Shown piece after piece: positions 33,329 through 42,886 of a DNA stretch of 64,000 nt (its first letter is position 1; the number at the start of each line of letters is the position of its first letter). Location of the stretch: assembly GCA_964016885.1 (NCBI GenBank), contig OZ024741.1, positions 411,370,001-411,434,000 of the forward strand. The letters are read 5' to 3'. A model generated the notes under the pieces. That model had not been told where the DNA came from, ran no database searches, and was given only the letters and a program-made list of their open reading frames with translations. The stretch is from Eledone cirrhosa (taxonomy: Eukaryota). The translations under genes were made by a program, and so were the position numbers.

Positions 33329-34396
33329 ATGGCTATGCTAAGAGTAGGCTGTTTAAATGCGCGTGGCCTGGGCTCAACTTGGAAGCAAGCAATGCTTCTA
33401 TATGACCTCAGGTCACAACGTATAGATGTGATGGTTATTTGCGCGGCCCGGATCAGCAACGTGCGACAGCTGGCCCCCACCTTTGATGACTTTGAGATGC
33501 ACGCATCTCTCTGTCAGCCCGGAGGTGGGGGTGGAGTTGTCGTTCTGCTGCAAAAACATCTGGGTCTCGCAACACAGATGGTACATTTGGACCCGGAGGG
33601 TCGACTAGTGGTTCTGGAACTTGGCAGTGGTAAAGGCGGAGCGTTTAGGTTGGTAGCCGCCTACGGCCCTTTCGGGTCAATGGGGCCGGACTTCTTCCAT
33701 CGTCTGGAGACTTTTCTAGGGACGTCCCGCTCCTTGCTATTAGTGGGGGACTGGAATGGTATCCTAGATGCACGCTGGGACTACGTAGGGGCCTGCCCCG
33801 ATAGAGAGGGGTGTAATAGCCTCAAAGGGTTAATCGGTCGATTTGACCTGGCCGATAGATATCGACTAGATTTTCCGACTGCGCCAACCTGGACTTGGGC
33901 AAATCGTAGCGGATCATCTAGGTCGTACCTACATAGGTTCTTAGTTAGAATTAAGGATAAGGACTTTTTAACTTGTCCAAAAATGCGCATGGTTGGCTAT
34001 TCAGACCACAAATTAGTGACCTGCATGGTCAACCTTGACAGAACTCATAGACAGGGACCCGGTTACTGGAAGCTCAACTTGTCCTTACCGGCAAGTAAGG
34101 CTTACAGGAACCGGATTAGCACTTTAGTTAAGGAGCGGTTGACGGGCGCCATCGTCAACAGCAGGTGGTGGGGATCTCTCAAAAGAGAGATTAGAGTAGT
34201 CTCTATAGAATTTAGTAAGGAGTTAGCCTCAAATAGAAATAGGAAGGAAAGGGAGTTGGTAGATAGTGTAGAAGAGGCAATTAGAAGCGGCGACGTGGCC
34301 AGTTCTTCGACTCGAAACACGAAGGCTGCATCGTCCGAAGCAAAATACGTGCTCTGGGAAACGAGGGGACCAAAGCTGTTAGCTGGGCCCGCGTGA
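33329..34396 (+). pseudogene. Copy 1 ORF2 N-terminal APE-like endonuclease, frameshifted near 34300
   Basis: Motifs CLNARGL, LVGDWN, YSDH and GPGYWKLN. Catalytic substitutions ICE to ICA and YLDR to YLHR. A 31-bp deletion relative to copy 2 causes the frameshift. Confidence 0.88.
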
Positions 34397-36735
34397 CAGA
34401 AGCCAAAAGAGGGAGCAGATCCACTATCCGGTCTTTGCGAGACCAGGATGGACGGGTGATCCTTGAACCTAAGCAGATGTGCGAGGCTTTTCAAAGGCAC
34501 TTTGCCGGATTGTTCGGAAGGGGCGGGGGGCCGGTTGGGGACGTGGACTTCGGTCCATACCTCGACGGCCTGCCGCGTCTCTTGGACAGGGAGGCGAAGT
34601 CCTGCGAGGAGCCGATTTCAGCCGCTGAGATAGAGGACGTGCTGAGCCAATGCGGCAAACGCAAATCCCCGGGTCTCGATGGTCTTCCATACGAACTATA
34701 TCTAGCTATGCCGGACTTGTTCCCCGAACTCCTCGAGGCGGTCTACTGCAACTGGCGACAGAACGGAAGAATTCCCTGTGCTGTGACCAAGGGCGTAGTC
34801 ACGCTAGTGAGGAAGGACGAGAACAAGGGGGACGATATAAATAATTTCAGGCCCATAACTCTGCTAAATACAGAGTTACAGATTTTGGCCAAGGTGCTAG
34901 CAAAGAGGTTGGCGCTTGTCGTGGGCAACCTGGTGGGAGATGCGAAGACATGTGCTATCCCGTCCAGGTCCATCCACGATAACCTCCACCTCATGCGATA
35001 CATCATAGAGAGGGTTGGGAACGAACCCGGCTTTGGTGGGGCCCTGATCAACTTGGATCAATCTAAGGCATTCGATAGGGTCGACCATGGTTACCTGGAT
35101 GCGGTGCTAGCGGCGGCAGGCTTCGGACCCGTTTTCAGGGGCTGGATCAATGCCATGCACAGCAGCCGCATCTGCTCTAGGGTCAAGGTGAACGGCTACC
35201 TCTCGGAGCCGTTCGAAATCGCGCGGTCCATCCGACAGGGGTGCCCTCTCTCCTCCCTTCTGTATGTAATGACTCTAGAGCCACTGCTGCGGAAGTTGGA
35301 GTTGTTGCAGGGCATCCCGTTGGAACCGGGATTGCGGAAAGCGGTGTCAGCCTACGCCGATGACGTAACAGTAATGGTGTCGACGGCCTCGGAAATCAGG
35401 GCGATCGGCACCTTACTGGAGGAGTACGAAAGGTTTACAGGGGCTAAGCTGAACCGAGACAAGTCGATCGGTCTGCAACTCGGCACGTGGAGGGGCAGAT
35501 CGATGCCCTCCGATGGCGTCGTCGGGCGCTGGACGGAGGGCCCGGTGAAGTTGCTCGGGGTCTGGTTCGGACCAGACCTCCAGGTGGAGAAGAACTGGGG
35601 TGAGGTGACGAACAGGGTGTTTGCACTGAGCCAGAAGTGGGCCGAGTGCAAACTGTCCCTGAAAGGTCGGGCGGAGGTGGCGAACACTTATATAGCGTCC
35701 GTCATCTACTACCGCCTGACTGTTGTGCCTTGCCCAAGGGAAACGCTCGCCAAAATGGAGCGCGCACTCTTCCAATTCCTTTGGAAGAAGCGGGCTCCTA
35801 TGGTGAGGAGATCCATCTGCTGTCAACACCCTTCGAAAGTAGGGCTGGGGATGCCGTGGCTAATGATACGTAAACACGCATTAAGGCTACGGCACCTTCA
35901 GGTATTCCTCTCCGGTCAACCGGTGTGGGCCCCGTTTGTGAGGCGAGCCTTTCCCAGACTTGTCTCACTCACCGAGCTGCAATCCTGGGTCAAGCAAAGA
36001 CCGAGAAAACTGGGCGCCTGGCACACCGAGTGTGCCCAGGCACTCACGGCTCTCTGGCAGGCGGACCCGGCTGTTAGTGGAGAATCCACCTCGTCATTCT
36101 ATAGAGGGCTGGTGGTTAGCAGGTGCGACGACGCCCTCGGAGAAGCCCTAGGCATGGAGGAAGACGAACTGGCCAACCTGTTCGGTAGGACATTCAGCCC
36201 GGGAACCATGGATAACTTCCAGAGGTCCCTGGCCTGGCAGTGCTACCGAGGGGCTCTGCCCGTTCGAGAAAGGCTCTACAGACACGGGCGCCCGGGTAGG
36301 GACCCATCGAAAAAGATCTGTCCCAGATGCGTGTGCGACGAGGAAACCGTTGCACACGCATTGGTACACTGCTCGGGCATTGCCGATCTGTGGGGTTATG
36401 TCGAACAACTGCTGTCAAGGGTGGGACCAATCCGGTTGACCACCGAGTCTATTGTAACGATCAAGCTGCCTCCCCTCTTCAAAAACGAAGGAGAGGCGGT
36501 GTTTCTGTGCGTAATAGCCATGGCGAAAGAGGTTGTATGGTGGACGCGTCTGAAAGGACTGAGGTCAGACACCTTTCTCTCTGGCCAACAACTGGTCCGT
36601 TTCTTCCGATATCATTTCGGAAGAAGGATCAGGATGGAGAGAGAGGTGCTGCACCCCAGCCGTTTCTATGAAAGATGGGTGAAAGTGGCGAGAATGGCCC
36701 GTGTGAATGGGCCTTCACTCTACATCAGACTATAG
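34393..36735 (+). pseudogene. Copy 1 ORF2 reverse transcriptase plus C-terminal zf-RVT, uninterrupted for 780 aa but disconnected from EN
   Basis: KSPGLDG, FRPITLLN, LDQSKAFDRVDH, RQGCPLS, AYADD and CPRC-x-ETVAHALVHC. Confidence 0.92.
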
Positions 36736-37224
36736 GTGAGGAAGATGAAAGACCAAGGGAGCACCCCTTCTCTGTGCTCCTGAGGAGAAGGGTTGCACAC
36801 TTTTTTCGGGGGTGTGTGCGACCCCCCAAGGCGCCTCCTCTCTATTGAGGACTTTGTTATAAATTTTATTTTTTGTTATATTTTATTTTATTTTTATATA
36901 TTGTTATTGCCTCCTCCTTATTGAGGACGCCTTGTTTTGTAAACTCCCCCCATTGTACTTGTCCCACTTTTGATGTCCTGGTGGCAAATAAAAGAAACAT
37001 ATCTATCTATCTCTCTATCAGACGTGTGTAACTTCGCGGAGAAGTTTCCGTTAATTTATGTAAGAAAAAAACGTGAGTTTTTAGTTAAATTTTATATTAT
37101 TGTGTAACTTGACCCCCCGTCTGGACCTTCAGGTGGTGGGTCAACTCATTTTCGCGGAATATCCATTTGAAAATTTTTTCTCCATCGAATCTTGGAAAAA
37201 ATATTGTAAAATTTTGATTACGTT

Positions 37225-38982
37225 ATGAACGCTGCGTCCAGCGATCATGGTGGTGGAGAGGCGGTAAGACTACAAAGCTCGCAGTCAACAATGTCTTCTT
37301 CACTAGATACTATAGAGATGGAAAACAAAATGAAAATGTAAAAACTAATTCATATTCAAACAACACAAATGACACCAAACAATTCAATGACAACAAAAAT
37401 AACAGCAACACCGATAATGATGATAAAAGCAACAATGATAACAACAACAAAGAAAAAAATAAAGACAACACCAATAACACCAGCATCAAAGACAACAACA
37501 ACACCAAGAAAAATACGGATAATACCAACATCGGTGACAACAAGAATAACAACAACAATAACAGCAATAATGACAACACCAACAATACGTATTCCACAAA
37601 GAAACCAAAAATCTCCTTTGCAGAGAAAGTTAAAAAAAAGGAAGAATTGATATATCTCGACATAACAAATGCTGAACAACTTTTAAAGGACGCTAGGAGA
37701 TATGTCAGTTTCGAAAAAAATGGTGCTTTCAGCATCAATTCTCCGGTAGAAATTCGCAAGTCAACTGCTCTCAAAACGATAGTTTTTAGGACAGTTTCCA
37801 ATTCTACCCGAAAACCAGTCCAATTGTCACAGAAAGAAATTGAACTGGTATTCAAAAATTCAATGAATGATATTGCATTCATTCAAAGAAGCAAACTTTT
37901 TGGGAGTATTTCGGTACTCATGAAGGATCAATTGATGGCCCAAAATTACTCTGTGTCGCCAATTGTATCCAACCTGTACACCTTTTTCCCTACATACATG
38001 GGAAAAAGGACACAAAAGATCAGAATCACGAGTGTCACACCAAAGGTGAACATATGGTGGATACTGTGCGGCTTCATCAATTTTGATGAAGACAGAATAC
38101 TGTCAGTAGGCAAGTCCCCCAGAGATGTATTCAATGGGACTAGCATTGAAGTTCTGGTGCAAATGAGCCCAGAGCGAATAGCTATGATCCCACAGCGTGT
38201 ACTCCTGGACGGACTCACCTACATAAACTTTTCGGTTGAGGGTAGGCGGCCTTCATGTTACCATTGCTTTAGCAGGGGTCACCTGAGGGCTTCCTGTCCT
38301 AAATTAATGAACCAAAAAAAGGCTCTGCTGCCGACACCCATCAAAACAACACAACCACCAACACCACCACAACAACAACAACACCAATACACAAAAAGAA
38401 CCCCATCGCTCGAAAAGAAAGAAAAGACATCACAAAAGCAAAAACCAGCAAACACTACCACAAACATACAACTACCAATACAAACAACAAAAACATCACA
38501 AACAGAACCCCCACCTCCTGAAAACAAAATACCTACAACAAAACGAAAGCACACACAAGAACGACAGACGAAAACAAACACAACATAAGAAAATTACACT
38601 TACACTTACATAAACACTGAAAACAAAACACTAATGTGAGACCATCACGAACGACCCTTCGGTGAAAACCGAAGGGAAAACTTTCGCCCACTCTATTAAA
38701 AATTGCAAAAAACTGAACCTAAAACTGATTAGGGTCCCTATACAAACTTATAGGTCCCTAAAAGAAACATTTGAGAAGGATGTGGGTAATTCCTGCGTGA
38801 AACCACTCAACCGCGTCCTTCTCAAATGCCTCCCCACCCCAGACACCCCCATCCCACCAGACCCCACCCCACCAAACATCTGCGTCCCCACCCCGCCGGA
38901 AACCACCACCCATCCAGACAACCCCTCCAACACCCCCATGGAAAGCGTGTGGCCTGGTCCCCAGGAGGCGAAGGGTAAGTGA
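37225..38982 (+). pseudogene. Copy 2 ORF1 (gag-like nucleic-acid-binding protein) with about two frameshifts
   Basis: ATG at 37225. The N/D/K-rich frame is open 37218-38588 and contains SFAEKVKK and the zinc knuckle CYHCFSRGHLRASC (38256-38297). The C-terminal block 38662-38982 is homologous to 32847-33304 and 42952-43215. Confidence 0.8.
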
Positions 38983-39015
38983 TCTCTTTTCCTCTTTTAA
39001 CTTTTCAGCACCAAC

Positions 39016-42000
39016 ATGGCCAATATAAGAGTTGGATGTGTGAACGTACGCGGCCTGGGGATGCCCTGGAAACAGGGCAAACTCTTAAACGACCTCAGGT
39101 CGCACAGTATGGATGTGGTAGCCATTTGCGAGTCAAGGATCCACGGCGAGCGACAGCTGGCCCCCATCTTCGATGACTTTGAGATCTACGCATCTCTCTG
39201 TCAACCGGGGGGTGGGGGCGGAGTTGCCGTTTTGCTGCGGAAACACCTGGGCCTCGTAACACAGACGGTACATTTGGACCCGGAGGGTCGACTGGTGGTC
39301 CTAGACGTTGACGGTAGTGAAGGTGGAGCCTTCAGGCTGGTGGCCGCATATGCCCCATCCGGGACACCGCGGCCAGACTTCTTCAAACGTCTAGAGACTT
39401 TTCTGGGAACGTCCCGCTCCTTGCTTTTAGTGGGGGACTGGAATGGAATCCTAGATGCACGTTGGGACTATGTGGGAGCATGTCCCGATAAAGGGGGATG
39501 TAACAGCCTCAAACAGTTAATCGACCGATTTGACCTGGCCGATAGATATCGACTAGATTTTCCGACTGCGCCACTGTGGACGTGGAGTAATCGTAGCGGA
39601 ACATCTAGATTGTACCTAGATAGGGTTCTAGTTAGAAATAAGGATAGGGACATGTTAAGCTGTCCACAAATGTTCATGGTTGCCTATTCAGATCACAAAC
39701 TAGTGACCTGCATGGCCAACCTTGATAGAACCCATAGACAAGGACCCGGCTACTGGAAGCTGAAATTATCGTTACCGACAAGCAAAGCCTACAGTAGACG
39801 GATTAGCACTTTAGTTAAACAGCACTTGACAGGGGCCATTGTCAACAACAGATGGTGGTACTCTCTCAAGAGATGCGTGTGCGATGAGGGAACCGTTGCA
39901 CACGCATTGGTACACTGCTCGGGCACTGCCGATCTGTGGGGCTATGTCGAACAACTGCTGTCAAGGGTGGGACCGATCCGGTTGACCACCGAGTCTATTG
40001 TAACGATCAAGCCGCCTCCCCTCTTCAAAAACGAAGGAGAGGCGGTGTTTCTGTGCGTAATAGTTTTTAGTAAAGAATTAGCGTTAGATAGAAATAGAAC
40101 CGAGAAGGAACTGGTAGATAAAGTAGAATGGGCAATTAGAAGTGGCAACGTAGCCAGCGTGCTAGCAACGAGAACGGCCTTGAACCAGTTCTTCGACGCA
40201 AAGCATGAGGGCTGTGTTGTCAGAAGCAAAATACGTGCTCTGGGAAACGAGGGAGCCAAAGCTGTTAGCTGGGCCCGAGTGACGGAGGCAAAAAGTGGCA
40301 ACAAGTCCACGATTCGGTCTTTGAAGGACCAAAACGGACGCGTGATACGTGAGCCGAAGCAGATGTGTGCGACTTTTCAGCGGCACTTTGCTCGGCTGTT
40401 CGGGGGGAGCGGCGCGCCGGGAGAGGCTATGGATTTCGGTCCATACACCAACGGCCTACCGCGACTCTCGGACAGCGAGGCAAAGTTCTGCGAAAAGCCG
40501 ATTTCAGCCACTGAGATAGGGGACGCACTGAGCCAATGCGGCAAACGCAAATCTCCAGGTCTCGACAGTCTACCCTACGAATTTTGCGTAGCAATGCCGG
40601 ACTTATTCTCCGGTCTCCTGTAAGCGGTCTACTGCAACTGGCAACAGAACGGGAGAATTCCCAGTTCTGTAACCGGGGGCGTGGTCACACTAATCAGGAA
40701 GGACGAGAATAAGGGGGATGACATAGGCAACTTCCGGCCCATAACTCTGCTAAACACAGAGTTACAGATTTTGGCCAAGGTGTTGGCAAAGAGGCTGGCG
40801 CTTGTCGTCGGGAACCTGGTGGGAGAAGCGCAGACATGCGCAATCCCGACCAGGTCCATACACGACAACCTCCACCTCATGCGATACATCATAGAGAGGG
40901 TAGGGTGTAAACCCGGCTTCGGTGGGGCCCTGATCAACTTGGATCAGTCTAAGGCTTTCGATAGCGTTGACCATCGTTACCTGGATGCGGTGCTCGAGGC
41001 GGCAGGCTTCGGACCCGTGTTCAGGGGCTGGATTGCTGCAATGCACAACAGCAACATCTGCTCAGGGGTCAAGGTGAACGGCTACCTCTCGGAGCCGTTC
41101 CATATTACACGATCCATTCGACAGGGATGCCCTCTCTCCTCCCTTCTGTACGTACTGACTCTCGAGCCACTACTGCGGAAGCTGGAGCTATTGCAGGGCA
41201 TCCCTCTGGAACCGGGACTGTGGAAAGCGCGTCGGCCTACGCCGACGATGTGTCAGTAATGGTGTCGAGCGCCTCGCAAATCGAGGAAGTCGGCACCTTA
41301 CTGAAGGAATACGAAAGTCTCACAGGAGCGAAGCTGAACCGGGACAAGTCCATCGGTTTGCAACTCGGATCGTGGAGAGGCAAACCGATGCCTTCCGATG
41401 GCGTCGTCGGACGCTGGACGGAAGGACCGGTAAAGCTGCTCGGGGTCTGGTTTGGTCCGAACCTCCAGTTGGAGAAAAACTGGAATGAAGTGACGGCCAA
41501 GGACTTTGCACTCACCCAGAAGTGGGCCGAGTGCAAACTATCCTTGAAAGGTCGAGCGGAGGTGGCGAACACTTTTATAGTGTCCGCCATCTACTACCGC
41601 TTGACCGTCGTGCCTTGTCCAGCCAAAACGCTCGCCAAAATGGAGCGTGCGCTCTTCCGATTCCTTTGGAAGAGGCGGGCTCCTTTGGTGAGAAGATCCA
41701 TCTGCTGCCAACACCCTTCTAACGGAGAGCTGGGGATACCATGGTTGACGATGCGCAAACACGCGCTCAGGCTGCGGCATCTCTACGTATTCCTCACCGG
41801 ACAACCGGTGTGGGCCCCGTTCGTGAGGCGAGCCTTCCCACGACTCGTCTCGCTGACCGAGCTGCAGTCCTGGGTCAAGCAAAGACCGAGGAAAATGGGC
41901 GACTGGCACATCGAATGTGCTCAGGCGCTCACAGCCCTCTGGCAGGCGGACCCGGCGATCAGTGGAGACTCCACTTCGTCATTCTATAGAGGGTTGGTCC

Positions 42001-42620
42001 GCAGCAAGTGCGACGACGCGCTCAGTGAAACTCTAGGCGTAGAGGAAGATGAACTGGCCAGTCTGTTCGGTAGGACCTTCCGCCCGGGACCGATGGACAA
42101 CTTCCAAAAGTCCCTGGCCTAGCAGTGCTACCGAGGAGCTCTACCAGTTCGAGACAAGCTCTACAGACATGGGCGCCCGGGCAGGGACCCTGCAAAAAAG
42201 ATCTGTCCGAGGTGCATGCGAGACGAAGAAACCGTCGCGCATGCATTCATACACTGCCCGGGCATCACTGACCTGTGGGGCTATGTAGAACGACTATTGT
42301 CGCGGGTGGGACCAATCCAGTTGACCACCGAGTCCATTGTCATGATCAAACCGCCACCCTCCTTCAAAAACGAAGGAGAGGCGGTTTTCCTTTGTGTGAT
42401 AGCCATGGCGAAAGAGGTTGTATGGTGGACAAGGTTGAAAGGGCTGAGGTCAGACACCTTTCTCTCCGGCCAACAACTGATTCTTTTTTTCAAATACCAC
42501 TTTGGAAGAAGAATTAGGATGGAGAGAGAGGTGCTGTACCCCAGCAAGTTTTATGAAAGGTGGGTGTAAGTGGCGAGAATGGCCCGAGTGAATGGGCCTT
42601 CTCTCTATATCAGCCTGTAG
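39016..42620 (+). pseudogene. Copy 2 ORF2 (EN-RT-zf-RVT), inactivated
   Basis: CVNVRGL, ICES, LVGDWN, YLDRV, YSDH, RQGCPLS and AYADD. Stops at 40621, 42120 and 42567, a frameshift near 41228, and a foreign 193-bp insert at 39871-40063. Confidence 0.92.
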
Positions 42621-42886
42621 GTTGAAGGAAAAGGAGGAGGAGAGGAAAGGAGTACAAACTCTTCGTACTCCTGGAGATGAGGGTTGCACATTTTTTTTTG
42701 GGGGGGGGGGTATGTGTTACCCATATAAACTGTCTCCCTCTATTGGGGAAAATCGACGAACTTTTTAAATTCCATTTGTGATAACATTTTACACGTTTTT
42801 ATTGTATGTAAACTTCCCCCTTTGTATTTGTCCCCTTCTTTTGTGCCCCTGTGGCTAATAAAGAAATATATCTATCTATCTATCTA

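Larger units (their letters stand above)
32527..36999 (+). mobile_element. Tx1/L1-clade non-LTR retrotransposon copy 1 (subfamily A), 5'-truncated inside the ORF1 zinc knuckle
   Basis: Starts at (C)ACCTGAGGGCT = HLRA of the CCHC motif (compare 38281). Contains the ORF1 3' part, EN, RT and a 3'UTR ending GTGGCAAATAAAAGAAA. Flanked by TATCTATCTATCTC at 32513-32526 and 37000-37013. Confidence 0.93.
37020..42866 (+). mobile_element. Tx1/L1-clade copy 2 (subfamily B), apparently full length (about 5.85 kb), decayed
   Basis: 5'UTR 37020-37224, ORF1, ORF2, and 3' end GTGGCTAATAAAGAAA. (TATC)n on both sides (37000-37019 and 42867-42886). Confidence 0.93.

Noticed and set aside
36778-36792. Hammerhead ribozyme core CTGAGGA between 3'UTR hairpins
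   Set aside because: Present only in copies 1 and 3. Other copies read CTGGAGA or CTGGTGT, and there is no properly placed GAAA after the next stem.
38975-39008. 34-nt GT-AG mini-intron fusing ORF1 to ORF2 in copy 2
   Set aside because: It is too short, removal would not put ORF2 in frame, and the acceptor AG is absent in copies 1 and 3.
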